A DNA stretch of 64,000 nucleotides from Terriglobia bacterium (GTDB lineage Bacteria > Acidobacteriota > Terriglobia > 20CM-2-55-15). The notes beneath the pieces were generated by a model. That model saw only the letters and a program-made list of their open reading frames with translations. It did not search any database and was not told where the DNA came from. Positions 1 through 9,703 of this stretch are shown piece by piece. Where the stretch lies: contig CBDCLE010000003.1 of assembly GCA_965218585.1 (NCBI GenBank), positions 128,001 through 192,000 of the forward strand. The letters run 5' to 3'. Position 1 is the first letter of the stretch; the number at the start of each line of letters is the position of its first letter. A program made the position numbers and the translations under genes.

Positions 1-15
1 CGCGGATATGAGACC

Positions 16-684
16 TTGACCCTGGATACGCAGCGGACGATGGTTCGGATCAAGGCAATGTATCGAGGACGTGGGATCCGGACGCCGGGCCACGGCGTCT
101 ACCTCCCATCGCAGCGGGAACACTGGATCGAACAGCTCGCCAATACCGGTGCACGGCGGCGTACCGGATGGTTGTATGAGGAGCTGGATCATCTGAGAGG
201 GTTAAGAAAAAAAGCGAAGCTGGCGATGTTAACCGAGAGCTGCAAGCATCGTGCGGTGGGGATATTGCAGACGATTCCCCAGTTGGGACCGATACGTTGC
301 GCCTTGATTGTAGCGACGGGGGACACCCCGCATCGATTTCGAACCAAACGCCAGCTCTGGAACTACAGCGGTCTGGCCGTGGCAATGCACATGAGTGCGG
401 AGTATGAGCAGGAAGGGAGTCGTGTGGTACGTCGTCGAAAGCCGATCGCCACGCGGGGACTGAACCGCAACGGCAACCGACGTTTGAAAGATGTGTTCAT
501 CGGGGCGGCGACCGGAGGCATGGGGGCCGAACCTTGGAAAAGCTACCTGGAGGGGCTCCAGAAAGACGGCAAGCGTAAGGAGATGGCTCGGCTGACACTG
601 GCGAGGAAGATTGCAGCGACCGCACTGAAGATGTGGAAGAAAGGAGACACGTTTAACGCAAAGAAACTGAACTTGGCGACATAG
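16..684 (+). CDS. IS110-family recombinase/transposase, C-terminal part (5' end outside window)
   Basis: Motifs LQTIPQLGPI, RF...QLWNYSGL, catalytic-Ser region HMSA, GNRRLK, LARKIA. Confidence 0.9.
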   Translation: MTLDTQRTMVRIKAMYRGRGIRTPGHGVYLPSQREHWIEQLANTGARRRTGWLYEELDHLRGLRKKAKLAMLTESCKHRAVGILQTIPQLGPIRCALIVATGDTPHRFRTKRQLWNYSGLAVAMHMSAEYEQEGSRVVRRRKPIATRGLNRNGNRRLKDVFIGAATGGMGAEPWKSYLEGLQKDGKRKEMARLTLARKIAATALKMWKKGDTFNAKKLNLAT

Positions 685-689
685 CCGTT

Positions 690-900
690 TCCAGACTTCT
701 GCCGACAGCGCGAGGCATTCGACCGCTCGTCGTCGGTGAGGCGTCGGAACGGTAGGGTCGAGGGTGAGGATCCGATACGCGGTTGGCACACAGCGCTTGC
801 TGAAGGCCCATGTAATACTCTATCCCCCCTCGCACGACCTGGAAAAGCGATAGCCCTCGAGGCTCAGATAGAACCGTGGTCGGCAATCACGACCCCTTTG
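690..900 (+). ncRNA. Putative bridge/seek RNA in the IS1111 right end
   Basis: Stems 700-706/879-885 and 756-770/823-839; internal segment 774-784 is the exact reverse complement of flank 1070-1080. Confidence 0.7.
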
Positions 901-1069
901 CGCTTTTCAGTTTCTCGAAACCACACCACGTTGTGATGAGTGATCGACTTCTCTGCGATGCCGGATCAACAGTTCGTCTCAACGGAGACAGGGGCTGGCT
1001 GCCACGACAGTGTTGGGTCCGGTGGTCCGCTCGGCGGGGACGTGTTTCTCTTGACAGCCCCTTCCATAG

Positions 1070-2877
1070 AACCGCGTATCTCCCTGTGCGTATTCGGCTT
1101 CGATGAGGCCATCCCTCCTCGCGCCGGTAGGGGCGAGGAAGACAAAGTCATCGATGTCGTAGTAGAAGAGATTGATCTCTCCCTGAAGGCGGTTCCTCCG
1201 GTGCCGCAGCGCGAAGTCAAAGCCGTGGCTTCGCTCCCTGCCCAGCGTCGGGTTTCCAATCTCGAAAGTCAGGTTCCCAACATGAGGACCGAAATTGTAA
1301 AGTTCTTCCATTGCCGGGGCCCGGAACGAGTCGGTGTAGTTGGCGACAAACGCCCCGCCGTCCCATAGGTCGAACCGCGCGCCTATACCGGCAGAGAAGC
1401 CCGTAAAGTCGATGTCCCGTGCCGCGGTGTTGCCGACCGGCTCGAAGTTGTTGTGTTCCAGGCGTCCCCCCAACTGCAGGCGGACCCGATCAAAACTCAG
1501 TTCTTCAAGCCCGAACACGGCGAACGCTTCTTGATCGACCGGAGGGGACAGAGCCTCTTCGCCCCTTGTTTCGAAGTCACGGGTCAGTCCCCAGAAACCG
1601 AAGCTGCCCGAGAGGTGATCGCCGCTTCCCTGAGTGAACACACCTCTGTAGACGAACTGTTGATTCTCAAACGTTGTGCCGATCTCCTGCACGCCGTCAT
1701 CGAAGATCTCCAGTTCGTCGTGATTCCAGTCCGAATAATTGAGCGAGAGTTCGAAAGAGTCGACGATCGACCCAAGGTTTCTCAGCCCCGTAGTCAGCCG
1801 GATTCCGTGCTGCCGGAACGCAACTTTCACAGCGTCCACAGCTTTCCCGGTTTCTCCTCCGCCTTCGAAAGTGTGCGCGAACGGAATGCCGTAGCGGCCG
1901 TCGTTACCCTGGTACCCAACGCTGGCAAATGCCTTTTCTCCGAACCAGCCGAGACCGACCGATCCATTGCTGATTCGGCTCATCGAGTTGTGGATCACGC
2001 CGATCGGGGTTTCGTAATCGTCCGTACGCTGCCCTCCGCCTCCCAACCACAGAAGCCATCCGCCAGCCCCGTACTCGGTCGTGAAACTGCCACCCGCCTG
2101 CTCGTTCGCCGAGCCCGCCGATGACGAGATCTGCCCGCGCAGGCCTTCGTAGGGTTGTTCCAGGAAGCTCTCGTGGGTGCTGATCGCATTGACGACGCCA
2201 CCGATGGTGTTGCTTCCGTACAGGAGCGTAGCCGGTCCCTTGACGACTTCAATGCGTTCGACGCTCCCCCCATCGATGGGTTCTCCGTGGTCGCCTGACT
2301 GCGACGCCAGCGACCCGATGCGCATTCCGTCCTGCATCACCAGTACGCGATCGCCATCGAACCCTCGAACCACCGGCCGGGAGTTGCCCGCTCCGAAGCT
2401 GCGCTTTCGGACGCCCAGTTCTCCATCGAGCATTTCTCCAAGAGATGTCGCCATCACCTCGGACAGATCGAACGAGTCCAAAGTTGTCACCGACGGGATT
2501 GCCTGGAACGTTGTTTCCTGGCGGCCCTGTGCCGTGACCGTGATTTCCTGACGCAGAGGAGAGATTCGCAGCCGGATGTCGAGTGTCGCCCTCGCGCCTC
2601 CGACCACTTCGACAAACTGCGTTTCCGAGTCGAGGGCCGACTGGAAGGCGAGGACCTCGTACACGCCCGCCGGTACGTCTTCAAATCGGTATTGACCGGT
2701 TTCGTCCGTTTCAGTCGTTACGCCCAGTTCCACCAGTAGCACAGTGGCCCGGTGGACAACTTCATCGGCCGAAAGCCTGACCCTTCCTTCAATGGATCCG
2801 GATTCTTGTGCCCAGCCCGGCCCGGGCACAGTTACCAACACGAAAAGGGCCACTAATGGAAAGTAAAAACGCTTCAC
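1070..2877 (-). pseudogene. TonB-dependent receptor (ZnuD-like), C-terminus removed by IS1111 insertion
   Basis: Signal peptide, carboxypeptidase-like N-domain, plug (SRPVVRG, ERIEVVKGPATLLYG, SGDH), beta-barrel strands; frame runs into IS sequence after GDTR. Likely GTG start at 2877 with GGAGG SD. Confidence 0.9.
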
Positions 2878-2950
2878 CGGTTCCTCCGCAGACATTGACG
2901 CTATCTGCGACCGAACGAATCAGATTTTTTCTTTGAAACAGTCGGAGGAG

Positions 2951-3292
2951 TCAGGCCCTTGGCGGGCCCCGGCCTAAGACGTTGGAGGCGTAACTGGTGA
3001 TCAGTGTGTCGGAAAAGGAGGCCTTGGTTGCACATGCCTGGCTATTGGCAGAACTGGAACTCAAAAGCCTGAACTGTGCGAAGGCGCTCGAATGCGGGCA
3101 TGCATGGGAAGCGTGTCCATCAACGCGGTTGTAGGATGCGTGGACGACTTCTCCCGTGCCGCTGTGCTGATGCGATGCGGAAAAGTCCTCCTCGAGGGGA
3201 TGGAACACTTCCAGCGCCCACTGGAAACTGAATCCAAGAAGGAGAGGCAATAGCAGAAGAGCTATTATTTTCTTATGGTCACGCCTCAGCAT
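2951..3292 (-). CDS. DUF2946-like leader / ribosome-arrest peptide, His-rich, C-terminal RGPP
   Basis: 113 aa from ATG 3292: basic N-terminus, hydrophobic segment, SHQH and HASHACPH, ends LGRGPPRA; directly upstream of the receptor. Confidence 0.75.
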   Translation of the reverse strand: MLRRDHKKIIALLLLPLLLGFSFQWALEVFHPLEEDFSASHQHSGTGEVVHASYNRVDGHASHACPHSSAFAQFRLLSSSSANSQACATKASFSDTLITSYASNVLGRGPPRA

Positions 3293-3303
3293 TGTTATTA
3301 GAA

Positions 3304-3309
3304 AGTATA
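3304..3309 (-). promoter_or_regulatory. -10 element (TATACT) for the leader-receptor transcript
   Basis: TATACT 11 nt upstream of ATG 3292, implying a near-leaderless mRNA. Confidence 0.4.
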
Positions 3310-3447
3310 CGGAAATCCCGTATTGAACAGTATGTTTTGTTACAGAGTGGTGTCGGTCTGCGGAGGGCAATGCTCGGGGTAAGAATCGGCTGAAAGCTAA
3401 AGAAGGCATGGCGGCTGGGCCACCATGCCTTCGATTCGGAAACGATT

Positions 3448-3756
3448 TTAGTACCGGCCGTATCCGCCACGGCCGCCGCCACCGCCGCGGCCACCGCCAC
3501 CGCCTCTGTCTACCTGAGGCCGAGCCTCGTTGACAGTCAGGGGGCGTCCTTCAAGATCTTTTCCGTTAAATTCGTTGATCGCCTTTTCGGCCTCTTCGTC
3601 ACCCATTTCAATGAAGCCGAAGCCTCGTGACCGTCCTGTGTCGCGGTCGGTGATGATTCGGACTGATTCTACGGCTCCAACTTGACCGAACATGTCGGAG
3701 AGGTCGTCTTCCGTCGTCTGGAAGGGCAGGTTTCCAACGTACAGTTTCTTTGTCAT
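3448..3756 (-). CDS. RRM RNA-binding protein with Gly-rich tail
   Basis: RNP2 LYVGNL, RNP1 RGFGFIEM, VNEARP, GGGRGG tail. Confidence 0.97.
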   Translation of the reverse strand: MTKKLYVGNLPFQTTEDDLSDMFGQVGAVESVRIITDRDTGRSRGFGFIEMGDEEAEKAINEFNGKDLEGRPLTVNEARPQVDRGGGGGRGGGGGRGGYGRY

Positions 3757-3896
3757 GCTTTTTCCTTGAGGTTAGCTGTAGGGAACTTCCAGGGCTTTGC
3801 GGGAAAGACTATGGTCAACTTGCAGAATCCAACTACTTTCCGAACAGAGGCACGGGGGCTCCAAAACAGGGATTATCATCAATTACTTACACGTTC

Positions 3897-3924
3897 AGTA
3901 TAGGGGTACTTACGCTCGTGTCAA
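3897..3924 (-). promoter_or_regulatory. Sigma70 promoter of the RRM gene
   Basis: TTGACA-16-TATACT; gives a ~135-nt 5' UTR. Confidence 0.6.
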
Positions 3925-4080
3925 TTGTTTGTGACCTCCCGGGATTATTCATTTAAGGGGACATAGTGCTCAATCCCCGCATCGATCTTTTGAGACCTCG
4001 CCACTGGGAATTCGGGGAGTCCCCCTAATTCCCCCCACGATTCGCCGCGTTAATCGCGGCTCTGAGGGCAAGAATCGCTC

Positions 4081-4146
4081 TTGACAAGGGGCCCGTCACG
4101 AGGCGAGAATCAAATTCATAATTGAAAATGATTTTCACTTTCAATT
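4081..4146 (+). promoter_or_regulatory. Promoter with Fur-type box
   Basis: TTGACA at 4081, GAGAAT at 4105; perfect 7-1-7 palindrome TGAAAATGATTTTCA at 4123-4137 inside AATTGAAA...TTTCAATT. Confidence 0.75.
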
Positions 4147-4172
4147 AGTATTTCGAGTCTAATTGGGTAGTA

Positions 4173-5634
4173 CTACTATGTTACAAACGGTCTATTTTAT
4201 GTTAGCATCCGGTCATGAGCGCCAAATCGAAGGCGCCAGGCACTCAGGAAAAACGTTTTGCGGCCTATTTGGAACGCCTGGCGTCGGCCGCAGGACACGC
4301 CGATCGTCATGAACCGTTGAAGTCGTACTGCACCGGGTTGTTGCTGCCGATCAAACGTAAGAGTGTGGAGCCGATGGCTGCACGATTGGCTCCGGATAAT
4401 GTACGCCGAATGCACCAGTCGCTACATCATCTGGTCGCGGATGCGCCCTGGGACGATGCGGCTCTGTTGGCAGAAGTTCGACAGTACGCGCTGGGGGCGA
4501 TGGAAGCCAACGGTCCGATTGAAGCCTGGATTGTCGACGACACCGGATTCGTGAAAAAGGGGACCCACTCGGTGGGTGTGGCCCGGCAATACTGTGGACA
4601 GGTCGGCAAACCAGAACTGCCGGGTGGCGGTGAGCCTGTCGGTGGCGACAGCGAAATCCAGCTTGCCGGTGGCATGGCGACTCTACCTCCCCGAGACCTG
4701 GGCGAAGGATCCGGAACGTCGAAGCAAAGCCGCTATTCCCGAAGACGTTCGATTTCAAACTAAACCTCAAATTGCTTTGGAACAAATCCGGCAGGCCGTC
4801 GATGACGGCATTGCTCCGACACCGGTTCTGGGCGATACGGCCTACGGCAACAACTACAAGTTCCGGCACGGCATCACCGAACTCGGACTTAGCTACGTCC
4901 TAGGGGTGCAAGGCACCACGACCGTGTGGAAACCGGGCCAGGGTCCCTTGCCGCCGAAATCCTTGACCGGCCGCGGACGGACACCGACCCGCATGCAGCG
5001 CAACAAGAAACATCAACCGGTTTCGGTCAAGCAACTGGCCCTCTCGTTGTCTCCCCAGCGTTGGAAGAACGTCTCCTGGCGCGAAGGCACCTCCGAGACC
5101 CTGCGTTCCCGTTTCGCCGCAGTTCGCATTCGTCCCGCTCATCTGGATCACGAGCGCCACTCGCCGCATCCGAAAGAGTGGTTGTTGGTCGAGTGGCCCA
5201 AGACCGCATCCGAACCGATCCGGTACTGGCTCTCCACTCTTGGGGCCCATACCTCGCTTTCCGATCTGGCCGGTCAGGCCAAACAGCGCTGGATCATCGA
5301 ACGCGACTATCAGGAACTCAAGCAGGAACTCGGTCTGGGACACTACGAAGGTCGCGGCTGGCGTGGATTTCACCATCATGGCACCTTATGTATTGCCTCT
5401 TATGGGTTCCTGGTCGCCGAGCGGAGCCGTTTTTCCCCCTCTGCATTTGTCGAGCATGTTGGACTATCCGTCCCCAAACTCCCCAAACACTTCAAACCCC
5501 GCGGAACCCCGGATCCGGCCCGAACGACATAACCCCTGCTCGATTGCCACGCTTCGCATTCGCATCGCCCGCTTCCTGATTCAGCAGCTTCCTCGTTGTC
5601 CGTTCTGTGGACCGCTTCGTTTGTAACACAGTAG
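4173..5634 (+). mobile_element. IS701-family element
   Basis: IRs CTACTATGTTACAAACG / CGTTTGTAACACAGTAG; 5-bp duplication TAGTA at 4168-4172 and 5635-5639. Confidence 0.92.
4215..5532 (+). pseudogene. IS701 DDE transposase, frameshifted near 4610
   Basis: WIVDDTGFVKKGTHSVGVARQYCGQVGK in one frame; QNCRVAV...RWIIERDYQELKQELGLGHYEGRGWRGFHHH in another. Confidence 0.88.
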
Positions 5635-5836
5635 TAGTAGGTAAGCCATCGTAATCAACAGATTGTGAGCGTTCCCAAGAGGTAGGGTGGGACGCGCCGG
5701 ATGGTCCCGGCGCATCCCTGGCGTAAAACTGTGCTGTTCGTTGCTAAACACCGGTTGCAGTATAAGTTCCGTCGCTCGGACGAGTCAACTCATCCTGCCC
5801 CCTGGTTCGATAACCACGCTGAGGTGAGGGGTCGAG

Positions 5837-7150
5837 ATGAGAAGTAAAGCGGTACAGAGAATTGTTGGAGCGATCGTTCTTGGTCTCGTGTCGAGTGTGA
5901 TGGCGATGGCATCTCCGGCACCAGCTGCCCAAAGGTCTGCGGCAGAGATCGAGGCCCGGATCGAGGAACTGAGTCGCCAGGTACAGGTATTGGCGGCCGA
6001 GATGGAGCGGCTTCGCAGCGGCGAATCTGATGTCGAAATCGAAGTTTCAGACGACGAGGCGAGGCAACTCGGCCTCGGGAGTGCTGCGGCTTCGGTTTAC
6101 CGGCAAGACCAGGGCGTTTCCATTGCCGGTTACGGCGAGATGCTCTATGAGAACTTCGCCAACAAGAATGAAAGCGGTGCCAGTGTAAATAAAGGGACCC
6201 AACGGGATTTTCTGAGGGCCGTCACTTATTTCGGTTACCGCTTTAACGACAAGTTTCTATTCAACTCGGAAATCGAAGTTGAGCATGCGAATGAAATCGG
6301 CGTCGAATTTGCTTATGTCGACTACCTGGCACATCCCGCACTCACGTTGCGCGGGGGTTTATTGCTGATTCCTATGGGATTGACCAACGAGTTTCATGAA
6401 CCGAACGCCTTCCTCAGTGCAAGGCGCACGGAGACCGAGAGCCGACTTTTGCCATCCACTTGGAGAGAGAACGGGTTTGGTGTCGTGGGCAGGGCTGGAA
6501 AGTTCAACTATCGGGCCTACGTCGTGAACGGCCTGGATGCAGGCGGTTTCAGCGCGAACGGTCTTCGCGGTGGCCGTCAGAAGGGATCGAAGTCGCAGTT
6601 CACAGATGCCGCCTTCGCGGGCCGGCTGGATGTGACGCCTGTTCCCGGCGTTTTCATTGGCGGGTCCTTCTATACGGGAGATTCGAACCAGGGACAGTTC
6701 TCCTCTAGCGGGGAAAGCTTTTCAGTCCGTACTCGGATGGTGGAAGTCCATGGGCAGGCGCAGTTGAGGGGATTCGATTTTCGTGGCTTGTATGCGCGTT
6801 CGGTTATAGACAATGCCGACCTGCTGAACAATGCACGGTCTCTCACAGGTACGAGCGGTGTGGGCGAGGTCCAGGAGGGCGGTTATTTGCAGTTCGGCTA
6901 CAACCTTTTTTCTCAGGTTCGGCCGGATGTCGCCCTGACGCCTTTTTACAGATTCGAATCGCTGGATACTCAGGCTCGCGTTGCCTCAGGGTCCTTGAAG
7001 GACGCGACCATGGATCGCGTGTTTCACACACTGGGTCTTTCGTTTGCCCCTATTCAGAACGTTGTCGTGAAAGCAGATTACCAGTTTGTGGCCAACGACG
7101 GTACGAGCGGAGTCGATCAGTTCAATGTCGCGCTTGGATATAGCTTCTAG
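5837..7150 (+). CDS. Outer-membrane porin-like protein with N-terminal coiled coil
   Basis: Signal peptide, coiled coil, GYGE, FNSEIEVEH, EFAYVDY, NEFHEP, C-terminal GYSF. Confidence 0.8.
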   Translation: MRSKAVQRIVGAIVLGLVSSVMAMASPAPAAQRSAAEIEARIEELSRQVQVLAAEMERLRSGESDVEIEVSDDEARQLGLGSAAASVYRQDQGVSIAGYGEMLYENFANKNESGASVNKGTQRDFLRAVTYFGYRFNDKFLFNSEIEVEHANEIGVEFAYVDYLAHPALTLRGGLLLIPMGLTNEFHEPNAFLSARRTETESRLLPSTWRENGFGVVGRAGKFNYRAYVVNGLDAGGFSANGLRGGRQKGSKSQFTDAAFAGRLDVTPVPGVFIGGSFYTGDSNQGQFSSSGESFSVRTRMVEVHGQAQLRGFDFRGLYARSVIDNADLLNNARSLTGTSGVGEVQEGGYLQFGYNLFSQVRPDVALTPFYRFESLDTQARVASGSLKDATMDRVFHTLGLSFAPIQNVVVKADYQFVANDGTSGVDQFNVALGYSF

Positions 7151-7661
7151 CCTTTCGTTGGCGCTGGTGTTTGGTTTTTCCCTCACCGGTATTGCAGAGG
7201 CGCAGACGACACGGGAGGAAGCACTTGCACAGGCTTTTCCCGGAGCCGACATCCGCGCTGAACGTGTCTTCCTGACCCAAGCCCAGCGAAGCGCGGCCGA
7301 AACAGAGTCTGGGGTAGAGGTCCCGTCTTTGCTGATTGCCCGATACGTTGCAACAGAAGGCGGAGATTCGGTGGGCAGTGCGTATGTGGATACCCATGTC
7401 GTGAGAACCAAGAATGAAAGCCTGCTGGTCAGCCTGGACACCGAGGGACAGGTGAAGCGGATAGAAGTCACAGCTTTCCTGGAGCCTCCCGATTATATGG
7501 CGCCTAGCGCCTGGCTGGCCCAATACGAAGGACAGGTCCTCACCGAGGAACTGAATTTGAACCGGACCATCCGGCCTATAGCCGGCGCGACTTTGACGGC
7601 GATCGCAACGACCGAGGCGGTTCGACGAGTTTTAGCCATCGATCGAGTTTTGAACCAATAG
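7125..7661 (+). CDS. Exported FMN-binding (flavinylated) protein
   Basis: Signal peptide; flavinylation-type motif IAGATLT; in an operon with apbE. Confidence 0.85.
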   Translation: MSRLDIASSLSLALVFGFSLTGIAEAQTTREEALAQAFPGADIRAERVFLTQAQRSAAETESGVEVPSLLIARYVATEGGDSVGSAYVDTHVVRTKNESLLVSLDTEGQVKRIEVTAFLEPPDYMAPSAWLAQYEGQVLTEELNLNRTIRPIAGATLTAIATTEAVRRVLAIDRVLNQ

Positions 7662-8022
7662 ATCTGAGAAAATACGATGAGACCCTGGGAGATCTGGTTG
7701 TCCCACATTTCTACGCTTCTGGTAACGGTGAGCGGAGTGGCTTATCTCTGGATGAAATACTTCATGGAGACCGCCGATCCCTTTGCCATCGTCAATCATC
7801 CGTGGCAGTCCGCGATGCTCAGCCTGCACGTTCTGGTGGCTCCCGCCCTGGTGTTCGTTGTCGGGCTCATGGTTCAGTCCCACATCCAGAAGAAGCTTCG
7901 GAGCGGTACGAATTCGAATCGCAGTTCGGGTCTTGTCTCGATGGTCACGATGCCGGTGATGATCGCTTCGGGATACATGCTGCAGGTCGTGACTGCGCCT
8001 CTATTGGCAAGTATCACGCTAG

Positions 8023-9572
8023 GAGCCTGCGCCGTAGGAAGTGAATGAGATAATAGTGTCGCAGTTAGGAGGAGAATGCGATGCCGACGACGTTTCGCCC
8101 GTACCAGCCGGAGCAGGGGTTGCTGCTGGCGCCGGATATACGGGATTGGTTGCCGGAGGGGCACTTGGCACACCATGTGAGCGATCTGGTGGACGGATTG
8201 GACTTGACGGCGTTTTACGCGCCTTACGAGGGGGACGGTCGTCGCAAGTCGCCGTATGAGCCGCGGATGATGGCGAAGGTGCTGATCTACGGGTACGCGA
8301 CGGGGGTGTTTTCGTCCCGAGGGCTGGCGCGGAAGCTGGAGGAGGACGTGGCATTTCGGGTGTTGGCGGCGGGGAATTTTCCGAGCCATCGGACGATTTG
8401 CGAGTTTCGCCGGCGTCATTTGTCGGATTTCAAGGCGCTGTTTGTGGAGGTGGTCGGTCTGGCGCGCGAGACCGGGGTTGGGAACTTCGGCAAGTTGTCG
8501 ATCGACGGGACGAAGGTTCGAGCCAATGCCAGCAAGCGCAAGGCGATGAGTTACGGTCGGATGCAGGAGGAGGAGCGGCGCCTGGAGGGCGAGATCGAAG
8601 CGTTGCTGTCGCGCGCGCGGGAGACCGATGCGGCGGAGGACGCGCGTTTCGGGGAGGCGCATCGCGGCGATGAGTTACCCGAGGAGTTGCGCCGCCGGGA
8701 GGATCGGCTGGCGGCGATCCGGGCGGCCAGGGCGCGATTGGAGGCCAGGCAACGGGAGGCCGACGAGGCGCGGGGACGCGAGCCCGGTTCGAAGCGCAAC
8801 CGGAAGAGCGGGCGGCCCTACAAGCGGGAATACGGCGAGCCGGACGAGAAGGCGCAGGACAACTTCACCGATCCCGAAAGCCGGATCATGAAGACCTCAT
8901 CGGAGGGTTTTCAGCAGTGCTACAACGCGCAGGTGGCGGTGGAGGGAGAGAAGCAGTTGATCGTCGCCACCGAGGTGTCGTCGAACGCCAGCGACCAGGG
9001 TCGGCTGGTCCCGTTGGTGGACGAGGTGGAGGCCACCCATGGGGAACGGCCCGAGACGGTGCTGGCGGATGCGGGCTACTGCAACGAGGACGACCTGGAG
9101 GCGCTGGAGGCGCGCGGCGTGGACGGCTATGTGGCCTTGGGCCGGGAGGGCCGGCGCGCGGTCGCGGTAGACGCCGCCAGGCATCCGGCGAAGGCCCGCA
9201 TGGCCGAGAAGCTGTCGATGGAGGCGGGACGGGTGCAGTACGCCCAGCGCAAATGGCTGTCGGAGGCGCCCAACGGGTGGATCAAGGAGGTGCTCGGCTT
9301 CCGCCGATTCAGCCTGCGCGGCCTGAACAAGGTCCAGGGCGAGTGGAACTTGGTGTGTCTGGCATTGAACGTCAAGCGGATGCAGGGGCTTCAGGCAGCC
9401 TGATGACAGGGATACCGCCCGCAAATCAGGCCGAACGAGGGTCGATTCAAGCACCCGTGGCGCACCCATCGGCGCCTCGTCGTCCAAAACGCCCATTCCC
9501 CGGTCACCGATACCGATCAATCGCCATATCGCGAAATTCGCCGAGTCGAAAATCGTCCTACGGCGCAGGCTC
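8023..9572 (+). mobile_element. IS1182-family element, copy 1
   Basis: IRs GAGCCTGCGCCGTAGGA / TCCTACGGCGCAGGCTC, CTAG on both sides. Confidence 0.95.
8081..9403 (+). CDS. IS1182 transposase
   Basis: LPEGHLA, SSRGL, IDGTKV, TDPESRIMK, ADAGY. Confidence 0.95.
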   Translation: MPTTFRPYQPEQGLLLAPDIRDWLPEGHLAHHVSDLVDGLDLTAFYAPYEGDGRRKSPYEPRMMAKVLIYGYATGVFSSRGLARKLEEDVAFRVLAAGNFPSHRTICEFRRRHLSDFKALFVEVVGLARETGVGNFGKLSIDGTKVRANASKRKAMSYGRMQEEERRLEGEIEALLSRARETDAAEDARFGEAHRGDELPEELRRREDRLAAIRAARARLEARQREADEARGREPGSKRNRKSGRPYKREYGEPDEKAQDNFTDPESRIMKTSSEGFQQCYNAQVAVEGEKQLIVATEVSSNASDQGRLVPLVDEVEATHGERPETVLADAGYCNEDDLEALEARGVDGYVALGREGRRAVAVDAARHPAKARMAEKLSMEAGRVQYAQRKWLSEAPNGWIKEVLGFRRFSLRGLNKVQGEWNLVCLALNVKRMQGLQAA

Positions 9573-9703
9573 CTAGGGCTTCATCTGGTGTCCTCTTCGA
9601 TCTTTGTGACTACCTACCTCGCCCATCAGGTCGTCAGCTACCGACTTGCCAGACGGTCGGAGCTTGGGGGCCAACCCGGAGTTTTTGCCTGAAAACAGGT
9701 CGC

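Larger units (their letters stand above)
1..1069 (+). mobile_element. IS110 family (IS1111 group) element, left part outside window
   Basis: Transposase C-terminus, then a ~385-nt non-coding right end finishing TTGACAGCCCCTTCCATAG (outward -35 and sub-terminal IR); abuts the truncated TonB receptor. Confidence 0.85.
7677..9692 (+). pseudogene. Four-helix, His-containing membrane protein (cytochrome b-like) split by IS1182
   Basis: Removing 8023-9572 plus one CTAG restores ...ASITLGLHLVSSSIFVTTYLAHQ...GVFA* (stop 9690-9692). Confidence 0.8.

Noticed and set aside
3325-3350. Zur box upstream of the RGPP leader
   Set aside because: TATGTTTTGTTACA only weakly resembles a Zur palindrome
4590-4625. 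Programmed frameshift in IS701
   Set aside because: No slippery run at the site, and IS701 transposases are normally single ORFs; a mutation or error is more likely
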